Shown: positions 18,215 through 26,916 of the stretch, in pieces | Layout: every line of letters begins with the position of its first letter | Numbering within the stretch: the stretch's first letter is position 1 | Source of the DNA: a virus | IMG/VR virus record: IMGVR_UViG_3300044695_006482 | Location: 7,968 to 71,967 of that record | Direction: 5' to 3' (one strand) | DNA: 64,000 nucleotides | Notes under the pieces: model-generated | Database searches by the model: none | Told to the model about the DNA's origin: nothing | The model's input: the letters and a program-made list of their open reading frames with translations, nothing else | Translations under genes and position numbers: made by a program

Positions 18215-18278
18215 TTCCTAAATAGGTTGACCTATGACAAGCATCCGTCCAAGATTGAGGCGTCGCCCCCGGCACCCC

Positions 18279-18428
18279 ATGCCCCCCTGGCTCGCCGCCG
18301 AGCACCTCGCCGGCTTCCTCCTCGGCCTGGCCCTCGCCGCCATGGCGATCGACCACGGCCGCTCCACCGCCCCGACCCCGAGCGCGCTGCCTGCCGCTCA
18401 AACGCTCACCCAGTTCCCCGGCCCGTGA
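18279..18428 (+). CDS. Small single-TM protein
   Basis: LAGFLLGLALAAMAI hydrophobic helix. Confidence 0.5.
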   Translation: MPPWLAAEHLAGFLLGLALAAMAIDHGRSTAPTPSALPAAQTLTQFPGP

Positions 18429-18673
18429 CCAGCACCTACGCCCCGCGGCTATGCCCGCCTGACCCACCCCCCGATCTCGAGCCCGTCGCCGTTTGGCACT
18501 TCCTCTCAGACGACTGGGAGCACGAGCACTGGGCCCAGTCGTCCGAAGAAGCGGACGAGCTGATCGCCGCCTACGCCGAGCGCGGCGAGCCCTACACCGT
18601 CCGCCAGCTCCTGGTGGAGCCCGACGAGTGCCCTCCCCCCGAGGACAACTCCGACGCCTACTGCGACCTCTGA
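18425..18673 (+). CDS. Acidic hypothetical protein
   Basis: GTGA coupling; D/E-rich. Confidence 0.6.
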   Translation: MTSTYAPRLCPPDPPPDLEPVAVWHFLSDDWEHEHWAQSSEEADELIAAYAERGEPYTVRQLLVEPDECPPPEDNSDAYCDL

Positions 18674-18699
18674 GTCGCCTTTCCTCTCATCCTCTCGCT

Positions 18700-19059
18700 G
18701 TGACAACAACACTCACCCGGCGCACTGCGCCCCGGCGCAAACGCGCCTACGCCCCCACCGGCGACGTCGGCAAGCACCTCGCCGAGGCCCGGTCCCTGCA
18801 GCTCCGCATTCAAGAACTGACCGCTCTGTACGACACCGAGCGGGCCTGGCTGCTGACCCACATGCAACAGCAAGGTCTGCAGTCCGTGGCGCTAGGCGCC
18901 ATCCGCTGCGTGCTCAAAGAGCGCAGCCGCTGGACCTACTCCCCCGAGACCGAGCGCGACATGCAGGCGCTCCAAGTCACCCAGAAGTGGGAGCAATCCC
19001 ACGGCATCGCGCAGAACACACCCACCCACTACACCGCAATCACCGAGGCCCAGTCATGA
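18700..19059 (+). CDS. Hypothetical protein
   Basis: GTG start; coiled-coil middle. Confidence 0.65.
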   Translation: MTTTLTRRTAPRRKRAYAPTGDVGKHLAEARSLQLRIQELTALYDTERAWLLTHMQQQGLQSVALGAIRCVLKERSRWTYSPETERDMQALQVTQKWEQSHGIAQNTPTHYTAITEAQS

Positions 19060-19259
19060 GCACCACCACCCTGTCCCGCGCGGACCTTTTCCGCACCTTC
19101 CTCGCGATGGAGCGCCACGGCGGCGGCTTCTGCGCCGCCCTCGCCAACGCCTGGTACAAGGCCGACGCCGGCAACAAGGCCCGCATCGAGGCCGCTTTTC
19201 CACACCTCCTCGACGCCTACGGCCCGGATTCGAGGTTCTTCTATCTCCAGAACAACTGA
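19056..19259 (+). CDS. Conserved small phage protein
   Basis: MERHGGGF...LA.AW..AD..NKARI..AFP motif. Confidence 0.75.
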   Translation: MSTTTLSRADLFRTFLAMERHGGGFCAALANAWYKADAGNKARIEAAFPHLLDAYGPDSRFFYLQNN

Positions 19260-19262
19260 GCC

Positions 19263-19532
19263 ATGACCTACACCCCCTCCTTCCCCCTGCCCTCCGTCCA
19301 CCTCAACGGCACGGGCCGCGACCGCCTGCTCGCCGACTACCAGAGCGCCTACAAGCTGCTCTGCACCGCCGCCACCGCCTTCGCCGAGATCGAGTTCAAC
19401 GCCCGCGACTACTACGTCCAGGGCGACTATGCCTTCAACGCTGCCCGCACCGAGCGCGACCGCGCCCGCCTGCACTTCGGCGCCTTGAAGCAATACCTGG
19501 AGGCCCATCTGCTGCACCTTGCTGTGGACTGA
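19263..19532 (+). CDS. Hypothetical protein
   Basis: PSVHLNGTG...NARDYYVQG. Confidence 0.75.
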   Translation: MTYTPSFPLPSVHLNGTGRDRLLADYQSAYKLLCTAATAFAEIEFNARDYYVQGDYAFNAARTERDRARLHFGALKQYLEAHLLHLAVD

Positions 19533-19744
19533 TGCAGGACGCCTACTACTGGGCCATCGTCGGCCGCATCTCCACCGACAAGGAGGACACGCCCTTCTGC
19601 ACTGTTCTCCCGGAGACAGAGAGAGAAGCAGTTCGGCAATTCCTAGAGCAACTGCGAGAGCAGAGCGCGGAACTGTACTTCGCAAACGGCGCAATTATCA
19701 CCGCTGCATTTCGTTCAATCGAACCTATTGAGTGCATGTCATGA
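19532..19744 (+). CDS. Hypothetical protein
   Basis: TGATG coupling. Confidence 0.6.
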   Translation: MQDAYYWAIVGRISTDKEDTPFCTVLPETEREAVRQFLEQLREQSAELYFANGAIITAAFRSIEPIECMS

Positions 19745-19896
19745 AACCATTATCCCTGGACCGGTTTGAGCGGGCCTTAGCAGCCCATGCCTTGGAGTAC
19801 TACGTTCGCAATAAACAACCAGATCCCATTGCGGGAGGTGTGCCCTACCAAGAGCAAATGCAATTTTTACTCAACAAGCTTCTTGCCAATGGCTAA
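19741..19896 (+). CDS. Hypothetical protein (51 aa, not in ORF track)
   Basis: ATGA-coupled MKPLSLDRFERALAAHALEYY... Confidence 0.55.
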   Translation: MKPLSLDRFERALAAHALEYYVRNKQPDPIAGGVPYQEQMQFLLNKLLANG

Positions 19897-20125
19897 CCAT
19901 CCCACCATCCTCGCCTTTGGCTACAGCTATCTGCCGCGTGGCTCTTCTGCGCCCTCCTATGCCGTCGCCAACGCTTCTCGTCTGGAGGGGTTTCAAGCCC
20001 TCACCTACGACCTCGACAGCGTCGAGCTCCTCGACGTCCATCATGTCTCCGCCGACGACGTCTTCACGCTCACCGACGTTATCTGGAACCGTGACCACAA
20101 CCCCACGCCCTACGGGAAGTCATGA
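19889..20125 (+). CDS. Hypothetical protein
   Basis: MANHPTILAFG...; overlaps the previous stop. Confidence 0.6.
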   Translation: MANHPTILAFGYSYLPRGSSAPSYAVANASRLEGFQALTYDLDSVELLDVHHVSADDVFTLTDVIWNRDHNPTPYGKS

Positions 20126-20469
20126 GTGACCCCGCCTTCAACCTGGCGCAGTGCGCCATCCGCCCCAACTGGTACGACCACCTTCCCGCCGCCGAGGCCG
20201 CCATGGCGGACGCCGACCGCTGCACCTGGGCCCGCATCGACGCAGGCTGGGAGGGTGACGAAGGCGGCTGGTACGCCCCGGACGGCACCCACGAGTCGGA
20301 CTGGGCCACCGAGGGCTACCCCTTCCCCGAGGACGTCGCCGAGTACCGCGCCTGGCACAGCGCCTTCAACCACTACGACGCCCAGGACGCCGGCGCGCCG
20401 CAGCCCGACCCCTACCCCGAAGCCCCGGCGCACCGCCGAGCGCGCTACGCGCTGTCCTGTCCTGGATAG
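20122..20469 (+). CDS. Acidic Trp-rich hypothetical protein
   Basis: ATGA coupling. Confidence 0.7.
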   Translation: MSDPAFNLAQCAIRPNWYDHLPAAEAAMADADRCTWARIDAGWEGDEGGWYAPDGTHESDWATEGYPFPEDVAEYRAWHSAFNHYDAQDAGAPQPDPYPEAPAHRRARYALSCPG

Positions 20470-20470
20470 G

Positions 20471-20499
20471 TTGACCCTTCACCTCGACCGGCCTACCAT
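20471..20499 (+). promoter_or_regulatory. Sigma70-type promoter
   Basis: TTGACC-17 bp-TACCAT. Confidence 0.6.
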
Positions 20500-20594
20500 C
20501 TGACCAGGGCCGCACAGCCTGTCCTCCCGAGGGGTGCGTCTCGGCACAACGCACGTCATCCACACCGGCGCCTCGCCGATTCTCAACAAGGACT

Positions 20595-21680
20595 ATGCAA
20601 ATGACTATCAGCAACACCAACCGCGTCAGCACCGCCTACGCCGCCGACGGCAGCGGCCCCCTCGTCTACGGCCGCTACCGCGACCGCGGCTATGCCGTGA
20701 ACCCCCTGATCGGCCGCGTCGGCACGATGACGCCCGAGAACGCCTCCGCCTGTGAGGCATTCGCCATCGCCGGCCTCGACTGGACCGCCGACAAGCGCCC
20801 CGCCTTCTTCATGGGCCCCGACGGCCCGATCGAATCCCCCGAGCACTGCTCGATCGTCCGCAGCGACACCAACCGGCTCCTCGGCATCCACGGCGCCGGC
20901 TACACCCCGGTGCAGAACAGCGCCCTGGTGAACCTGCTCGACTACCTCCGCGAAGACATCGAGATCGAGAACGTCCTCTCGATCCGCGACGGCCGCAAAG
21001 TCTTCGCCACGGCCTCAATCCGCGCCGAGGACGAAGTGCTCCCCGGCGACCGCGTCCGCCGCTACATCCACGCCTTCAACAGCTTCGACGGCTCGAGCTC
21101 CTTCGGCGTGTTCTTCTCCGACGTCCGCCTGCGCTGCGCCAACCAGCTGAGCTACCTGACCGGCAAGGCCGCCAGCGTGGCCAGCCGCGACGGCTCCGGC
21201 TTGCGCATGAAGCACACGGCGTCCGTCACCCGCTTCGCCGAGCAGCTGCCGCACCTGATCGACCTGGAGCGCCGCTCCTTCCGCCAGTCGATCGACGAGC
21301 TGCGCTCCCTGACCAACGTCCAGCTCACCACCGAGCTCGCCCGCCGCGTCCTGGAGAGCACCTTCGCCGACAAGCTCGCAGCGCCGATCAAGGACAAGGA
21401 CACCGGCAAGCCCCGCCAGCGCACGATTGCCGACCTCCCCGAGATCGGCATCATCCGCAGCCACTACGCCGGTGACACCGGCCTGGGCATCCGCGACCTG
21501 CCCGGCTGCGCCGGCACGCTCTACGGCCTGTACAACGCCATCACCCAGTTCGAGACGCACGACGCTGGCCGCGCCAAGGACGAAACCGAGCGGGCCCGCA
21601 CCCGCCTCGAGGCCCTGTGGGGCGGCAGCGCCGCACGCCGCATCGACCGCGCTCGCGAAGCCTGCCTGGCCCTGGTGTGA
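20595..21680 (+). CDS. DUF932/DUF945-like phage/plasmid protein
   Basis: AGLDW, VRSDT..LLG...YTPVQN, NSFDGS, VRLRCANQL, KHT, GTLYGLYNAITQF. Confidence 0.85.
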   Translation: MQMTISNTNRVSTAYAADGSGPLVYGRYRDRGYAVNPLIGRVGTMTPENASACEAFAIAGLDWTADKRPAFFMGPDGPIESPEHCSIVRSDTNRLLGIHGAGYTPVQNSALVNLLDYLREDIEIENVLSIRDGRKVFATASIRAEDEVLPGDRVRRYIHAFNSFDGSSSFGVFFSDVRLRCANQLSYLTGKAASVASRDGSGLRMKHTASVTRFAEQLPHLIDLERRSFRQSIDELRSLTNVQLTTELARRVLESTFADKLAAPIKDKDTGKPRQRTIADLPEIGIIRSHYAGDTGLGIRDLPGCAGTLYGLYNAITQFETHDAGRAKDETERARTRLEALWGGSAARRIDRAREACLALV

Positions 21681-21767
21681 CCGCGCTGGCTGGCCCCGCC
21701 GTAAGCCCAGCGCATCTATGCCCCAGCCACCGGCGCTCCCCACACGCATTGCATCCCCACCACACCT

Positions 21768-22064
21768 ATGCCCGAGACCGCAGCTGTCATCACCTTCAAC
21801 AACGAATCGATCCTGGCCTGGCTGGCTGAGAAGGGCATCAAAGGCAGCCACCAGGACTACGTCCGCCCGGACGACATCCTGCACCGCCATGTGTACGGAC
21901 ATCTCCCGTACTGGCTGGCCTCCTACGCCGAGAGCGTCAGCGAGGTGACGTTGCCCAAGCTGCCCCGCGACGACCGCGACCGCTTCAACCGCGGCGAGCT
22001 GTCCGTGCAGGAGATGGACGCCGCCGGCGCCCACATCGTGACCTACCGGGTCCGCAAGGCGTAG
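21768..22064 (+). CDS. Csx16-like small protein (candidate ring nuclease)
   Basis: W..EKGI...VYGHLP..LA...LP...RGELS..EM...GA....Y.V pattern as in the Csx16/VVA1548 family. Confidence 0.6.
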   Translation: MPETAAVITFNNESILAWLAEKGIKGSHQDYVRPDDILHRHVYGHLPYWLASYAESVSEVTLPKLPRDDRDRFNRGELSVQEMDAAGAHIVTYRVRKA

Positions 22065-22166
22065 CGACAAAAAGCGCCGGGTTTCTCAGGCCCGGCGCGC
22101 TCATCCACACGACCGGCGCTGTGAGTCAACCGACCATGCCCTTCCAGTTTCCCACGCCCGGCCCAA

Positions 22167-22574
22167 ATGGCCATTCCTGACACCCCGCACGCCCTGATCG
22201 AGGGCTCCAGCGAAGCGACGCTGACGATCCTCCACGAGGGCTACGACGCGCTCACCTCCCGCGACCAACGGCTCGTGCGCCTGGTCCACGCCGAGCTGCT
22301 CAAGGGCGAGCTGAGCGACACCGCCTTCGCCCAGATGCTGACGACCATCGTCAACACCTGGCAGGCCCTGAGCTCAACCGCCCTGTCCGCGACCTACGAG
22401 CGGATCGAATCCGAGGACGAGATCGACACCGACTGGATCGATGCCATCGCCCACTTCACCCGCATGGACCAGTACCAGCAGCACCTCCTCGCCGCCATCG
22501 GCGAGAACCCAGGCGTGCCGGCCGAGGCCCCCCAGTCCGGGCGGTACACGATCCAGGGTCCCGGTGATGCCTGA
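22167..22574 (+). CDS. Hypothetical protein
   Basis: 135 aa, GC3-rich. Confidence 0.7.
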   Translation: MAIPDTPHALIEGSSEATLTILHEGYDALTSRDQRLVRLVHAELLKGELSDTAFAQMLTTIVNTWQALSSTALSATYERIESEDEIDTDWIDAIAHFTRMDQYQQHLLAAIGENPGVPAEAPQSGRYTIQGPGDA

Positions 22575-22682
22575 ACCGTTCGCGCTTCCCTCGGCTCGCC
22601 AGTCCCGACAGACTGGGGCAAACGAGCCGAGACCGCCATCCAGGGCAGGTCGTGCTCCGCACCCCCGATACCCCTCCTGCGC

Positions 22683-22874
22683 ATGGATTACGCCATGGCT
22701 GGCTTTGCTGCGTACGAATTCATGCAGATCGAGACCGGCGTCGCGCTTTACAGCACGTTTGCCACCCAAGCCGAAATCCTGAAAGCCAATGCCAATTTGC
22801 GCCGCCGCGGCTGCTCCAGCCGCTTTGTACCCGCCGGCACGTTCTCCACGCCGTCGCTTCACGCTCCGTGCTGA
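22683..22874 (+). CDS. Hypothetical protein
   Basis: 63-aa ORF. Confidence 0.5.
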   Translation: MDYAMAGFAAYEFMQIETGVALYSTFATQAEILKANANLRRRGCSSRFVPAGTFSTPSLHAPC

Positions 22875-23046
22875 CGGCGGATTCCTCGCCGCCGAGCACC
22901 GATCCTCCGGCCCGCCGGTAGCTGTGGTGCCCGACTTCCACGACGCAGTGCTGTTCGTGGACTTCTGCACCGCCGCGACCCGCGGACACCTGATGACCGA
23001 GCTCGGCTGGCCGGGCCTCCGCGTCGTCGAAGTAACGCTCGACTGA
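22789..23046 (+). CDS. Hypothetical protein (start uncertain)
   Basis: The 3' half has coding-like codon bias. Confidence 0.45.
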   Translation: MPICAAAAAPAALYPPARSPRRRFTLRADGGFLAAEHRSSGPPVAVVPDFHDAVLFVDFCTAATRGHLMTELGWPGLRVVEVTLD

Positions 23047-23091
23047 GCTGTGCTTCGCCTTTCTCATCCACACCTCTCGTTCTCACCCACC

Positions 23092-23274
23092 ATGACTGCA
23101 TCGTTCTGGACATCCCTGGCCACGTACTGCCAGGAGCTGGCCCCAGTCGCCGGCCCGCTTCTCGGCGCCGTGGGCGACACCGCCAGCGCCGTTGACCGGG
23201 CCGGCCGCTCAACGAAGGCCCTGGGCAACGACTCTGCGCGCCTCGAGCAACTGCTCTCCGCCGAGGACGCGTGA
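23092..23274 (+). CDS. Hypothetical protein
   Basis: ATG after a TCATCCACAC leader. Confidence 0.6.
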   Translation: MTASFWTSLATYCQELAPVAGPLLGAVGDTASAVDRAGRSTKALGNDSARLEQLLSAEDA

Positions 23275-23522
23275 GCGCAGCGCCCCACATCAACCCGCTG
23301 GACCTGTCCGATGCCGACTTTCTACAGCGCTCTGCCGCAATGTGCAGCACCAAGGCCGCCTACAGCAGCCGCCCCGAGGCCGTCGCCTTCACCCGGCGCC
23401 GCGGCTATGCAGGAACTGCGTATTCGTGCCCCTGGTGTAGCCATTGGCACATCACCAGTTACGACCGCGCCCGCGCCAAGGCGTACCAACGGCGATTGAA
23501 ACGACTGCTGCGCACGGAATAG
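23271..23522 (+). CDS. Small Zn-finger phage protein
   Basis: C..K..Y...AY.CPWC.HWH.T. Confidence 0.75.
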   Translation: MSAAPHINPLDLSDADFLQRSAAMCSTKAAYSSRPEAVAFTRRRGYAGTAYSCPWCSHWHITSYDRARAKAYQRRLKRLLRTE

Positions 23523-23580
23523 CAATACACGCAATGTAGATTCCTTCAACTCGGCTTAAACCATCCCATTCCTTTCTGCG

Positions 23581-23748
23581 ATGAGCCTTTCCCCTAACTG
23601 TGTTGAGACGCCCTGCGACCCCGTGGTGCAGCAGGCCCGCCAGGACCGCCTCGAGGCCCTCTACGTGCTCGACGGCCGCGACTGCCACGGCCACGAGCTC
23701 CACGGCTTGTACACGGGCCTGGCGCAGCGCTACGCCGAGGCCGCATGA
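23581..23748 (+). CDS. Small conserved cyanophage-type protein (not in ORF track)
   Basis: QQARQDRLEALY.LDGR...HGLYTGL; ATGA-coupled to the next gene. Confidence 0.65.
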   Translation: MSLSPNCVETPCDPVVQQARQDRLEALYVLDGRDCHGHELHGLYTGLAQRYAEAA

Positions 23749-24080
23749 CCTACACCGCCACCCCTCCGGTCCACGAGCCCGACCGGATCGAACGCGACTT
23801 CTGGGCGTTCCACATCGCCAACCCGCGGGTCTACACAGAGTTGCGGGAGCACGCCCTGCACCTCCGGCGCAAGGGCCGCACGCACTACGGCATCAAAGCC
23901 CTGTTCGAGGTCGTCCGGTTCCACCGCGCACTGGAGACAACGGACAAATGCGCGGAGTGGAAGATGAACAACAACTACTCCGCGCTCTACGCCCGTCTGC
24001 TGATGGCGAACGAGCCGGAACTGTGTGACTTCTTCCGCACGCGTTCCCGCCGGGCCCTGTGCGCCGGCCCGCTGCCATGA
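23745..24080 (+). CDS. Conserved phage protein
   Basis: FH.ANP.VY...GIKALFEVVR...KMNNNYSALYAR...FF.TR. Confidence 0.8.
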   Translation: MTYTATPPVHEPDRIERDFWAFHIANPRVYTELREHALHLRRKGRTHYGIKALFEVVRFHRALETTDKCAEWKMNNNYSALYARLLMANEPELCDFFRTRSRRALCAGPLP

Positions 24081-24247
24081 GCCCCGACGACCTGAGCGTC
24101 GAGTACTACGTCGACCGCCACGGCCACGACTGCTACCGGATCTGCCTCCCCGAGGGCGGCCCCTGCTCGATCGTCTCCTCCGCCCACCTGATCGACGAGC
24201 GCAAAGCGCAGCTCCTGCGCGCCTTTACCTCCACCTCGACCTCATGA
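24077..24247 (+). CDS. Hypothetical protein
   Basis: ATGA-coupled; VSSAHLI..RK.QL. Confidence 0.6.
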   Translation: MSPDDLSVEYYVDRHGHDCYRICLPEGGPCSIVSSAHLIDERKAQLLRAFTSTSTS

Positions 24248-24354
24248 AGCGCTACGCCTTGCTTGCCATCGTCCTGGGCCTGGCCCTGGGCGCCGCAGCC
24301 CATTGGGCCCGCCCCACGGCGGGCTCCACCACCCCTGACTCCTGGTTCGACTGA
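24244..24354 (+). CDS. Small single-TM peptide
   Basis: MKRYALLAIVLGLALGAAAHW; coupled on both sides. Confidence 0.55.
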   Translation: MKRYALLAIVLGLALGAAAHWARPTAGSTTPDSWFD

Positions 24355-24605
24355 TGGCGGTCAATCGCAGTGGCCCGCCCTGCCCCGAGTGCGGCTCACT
24401 GATCACTGACGTGAACCGGACCAGCCGCTCGCCGGAGGGCCACTTCTGCCGGCGGCGGGACTGCCCGAGCTGCGGCGCCCACTTTATGACGATTCAGCAC
24501 GCCGAGCTCGTTGCCCCCAAGGGCTCGGTGCGCTGGCAGAACCATATCGTGCATGTGAATTGGTCACAGTTTCGGGCTTACTTTGCATCGTTGCTTACGC
24601 CATGA
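24354..24605 (+). CDS. NrdR-N-terminal-like zinc ribbon protein
   Basis: CPECGS...SR...RRRDCPSCG..F.T. Confidence 0.7.
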   Translation: MAVNRSGPPCPECGSLITDVNRTSRSPEGHFCRRRDCPSCGAHFMTIQHAELVAPKGSVRWQNHIVHVNWSQFRAYFASLLTP

Positions 24606-24679
24606 GTACTACAACACTTGTTTTCATGATTGCTTGGTCGATCGCACTGGGTATTCTCTACGTGAAAGGAACGTCATGA
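24602..24679 (+). CDS. 25-aa single-TM peptide
   Basis: MSTTTLVFMIAWSIALGILYVKGTS; ATGA overlaps at both ends. Confidence 0.5.
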   Translation: MSTTTLVFMIAWSIALGILYVKGTS

Positions 24680-25026
24680 CTGATTCGATTACCCCACCGC
24701 CGGAGCTGGTGCAGCAGTGGCGGAAAGAACCTCAGTACACCGACGGCAACAAGCTGGTAACGATGGTCACCATGACCACAGATCGTTTAATGCAGTTGTG
24801 CGAAAAATCTGCTCAGCATGGCGCCGATCAGGAGCTGGAGGCGTGTCTAGCCAACATCCACACGATGTACGGCAAGGACAAAGCCGACTGGTTGCGTGCA
24901 ATTCGCCGCCCCAAGCCGTTGAGCTTGAAGGAGCAGGCGCTGGCTGAACTAGCTGAATGGGAGAACGTTATGGACATTGCATCCGATAGCCCCATCCGCC
25001 GCGCACTGGAGGCGCTACCTGAATGA
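24676..25026 (+). CDS. Conserved cyanophage hypothetical protein
   Basis: ITPPPELVQQW...GADQELEAC...RRPKP.SLKEQAL...IRRALE.LP. Confidence 0.75.
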   Translation: MTDSITPPPELVQQWRKEPQYTDGNKLVTMVTMTTDRLMQLCEKSAQHGADQELEACLANIHTMYGKDKADWLRAIRRPKPLSLKEQALAELAEWENVMDIASDSPIRRALEALPE

Positions 25027-25259
25027 CTGAACCTCTCTCCCCCGCCGCTCAGGCGGTGCTGGATGGATTTCGTGCTGTGCCAACTCTTATGGATGGACCG
25101 TCTATTGCTGGTGCCCTCCGCGCTGCTGCGGATCAGGTGGTGCCGGAGAATCTGCGCGAATACGAGACCTATACCAATGAGGCGATCCGCCTGAATCGTA
25201 TGCACATCCGCTCTCGACTCCTCGCCATCGCCGCCGAGCTGGAGGGTGGCAATGACTGA
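25023..25259 (+). CDS. Conserved cyanophage hypothetical protein
   Basis: LSPAAQAVLD...IA.ALRAAADQVVP...LLAIAAELE. Confidence 0.75.
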   Translation: MTEPLSPAAQAVLDGFRAVPTLMDGPSIAGALRAAADQVVPENLREYETYTNEAIRLNRMHIRSRLLAIAAELEGGND

Positions 25260-25467
25260 GATCACCCGCTACAAGCTTGACGCTGCCTTCGCGCCGCTGA
25301 GCAAGTTCGATCATCTCGCCAAGCCTAATGATTTCATCGAAGTCTCGCTATGGCACAACGGCGAAGGCTTTGATGCTCACCTGAGCAGCCATGCCGAGCA
25401 AACCATCAGGCTCTCGTGGAGAGAGTTCAAAGCGCTGAAGAAACTCATCAAGGAGCTGGATCAATGA
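25252..25467 (+). CDS. Hypothetical protein
   Basis: FIEVSLWHNGEGFD motif. Confidence 0.7.
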   Translation: MTEITRYKLDAAFAPLSKFDHLAKPNDFIEVSLWHNGEGFDAHLSSHAEQTIRLSWREFKALKKLIKELDQ

Positions 25468-26000
25468 CTGACTTTCGTGCGCTGTGCGCTGAGCTGGTTC
25501 ACCTCAACGAAGTGGAGGTAGATGACTGGACACGTAAATGGGCGGATGTTGTAAAGCGCACTAAAGCCGCCCTAGCCCAGCCCGAGTCGCAGGATGTTGA
25601 CCCATGGCCGATGCCAGGTGACGCAGAGGGCCTGGCAGAAGTGTTCTGGGGCCGTTACGACCAGCCCGAGCCGCAGGGGCCGACGGATGAGGAGATCTTG
25701 GCGCTGTCTCAAGAGCATGGAGTTTCGTACACCAGGCTCAATGGCGGCGTGATTTATGGAAGGCCGGAAGGGTATGACATGCGTGACGACGTATTGTCCT
25801 TTGCCCGCGCCGTCCTCGCCCGCTGGGGCCGCCCCGCCATCGAGCCCAAGCCGCAGGGGCCGAGCGAGACAGCATGGGCTCTTGCTCAGTTGCTAGACGG
25901 CGTTCAGCGGCACGACCTGCCGAACATGACCGGGCTCTCTGATTCCGATTGTGACCGTATCTGGGCCGCCCGCCCCGCCACTACCGAAGAGCAACAATGA
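25464..26000 (+). CDS. Modular hypothetical protein (MTDFRALCAEL family, copy 1)
   Basis: Shares sequence blocks with 26065..26607. Confidence 0.7.
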   Translation: MTDFRALCAELVHLNEVEVDDWTRKWADVVKRTKAALAQPESQDVDPWPMPGDAEGLAEVFWGRYDQPEPQGPTDEEILALSQEHGVSYTRLNGGVIYGRPEGYDMRDDVLSFARAVLARWGRPAIEPKPQGPSETAWALAQLLDGVQRHDLPNMTGLSDSDCDRIWAARPATTEEQQ

Positions 26001-26068
26001 CTGACTACCAGTCCACGTTGCTTTCTGCTGTCTTGATTCTTTTCATCGTTGCTTGGTACTTCAAATGA
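25997..26068 (+). CDS. 23-aa single-TM peptide
   Basis: MTDYQSTLLSAVLILFIVAWYFK; ATGA overlaps at both ends. Confidence 0.5.
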   Translation: MTDYQSTLLSAVLILFIVAWYFK

Positions 26069-26607
26069 CTGACTTTCGTGCGCTGTGCGCTGAACTGGTT
26101 GCAGCACTGAAGGAGTGGACTGAGTACGAGCAACCCTGCACAACGGAAGACGAAACGGATCTCGCTCAGGCAAGGCGGCTAGTGCAACGCGCCTACGCCT
26201 TGCTGGCCCAGCCCGAGCCGCAGGGGCCAACGGATGAGGAGCTAGAGGATTTCGCACTGCAAAATGGTGGTGGCTATTTCAACTGCGACTGCCAGGAAGA
26301 AGCTGACATTCTCACCCGGAAACACATGAGCAACTATCGCGCCGTACTCACCCGCTGGGGCCGCCCCGCCATCGAGCCGGTGCCGGTGAGTGAGGGGATG
26401 CCTGGCCCGGAGGATGTAAACGACGATGGCGAAGTATGGGTCGAAGAGCCCGCTTACGATTATCCGTTGGGTGACACTGGCGATTACGACAGCGAGCCCG
26501 GCAGATGGGTGCTAAAGCCGCTCTCGTCCCTTGATAAGCGCTTCAAACGACGCTGGCTCCCCCACTCGGCGTTGCCGGTGCCTGGGGTGGAGGGTGCCGA
26601 TGGCTGA
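26065..26607 (+). CDS. Modular hypothetical protein (MTDFRALCAEL family, copy 2)
   Basis: QPEPQGPTDEE, RWGRPAIEP, WLPH.ALP.P. Confidence 0.7.
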   Translation: MTDFRALCAELVAALKEWTEYEQPCTTEDETDLAQARRLVQRAYALLAQPEPQGPTDEELEDFALQNGGGYFNCDCQEEADILTRKHMSNYRAVLTRWGRPAIEPVPVSEGMPGPEDVNDDGEVWVEEPAYDYPLGDTGDYDSEPGRWVLKPLSSLDKRFKRRWLPHSALPVPGVEGADG

Positions 26608-26713
26608 CGCCCTGCTTGCCCTCGCCCTACTGCTCGCCCTCGGCGCAGCGATTGAGCTGTGCATCAAGGCGATCTTCGTGCGCCTGCTGCCGTTGCTGCT
26701 GAGGTTGCCCTGA
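26600..26713 (+). CDS. Small hydrophobic peptide
   Basis: MADALLALALLLALGAAIELCIKAIFVRLLPLLLRLP. Confidence 0.5.
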   Translation: MADALLALALLLALGAAIELCIKAIFVRLLPLLLRLP

Positions 26714-26916
26714 AGCCGCTCCAGCTGTACCGCGTGGCATTCAGCCATGCCACACCGCTCCACCTGATGGCCCGTGACCTTGCGCACGCCATCACCAGCG
26801 CCAAGGAACTATGCCCCGATACCCAGTTCCTGAGCGCCACGCTGGTGCCTGAATGGGACGAAGCCAATGACACTCAAAAGCGGTAATCTTCGGTAACCAT
26901 CAGTAAGCATCGGGCT

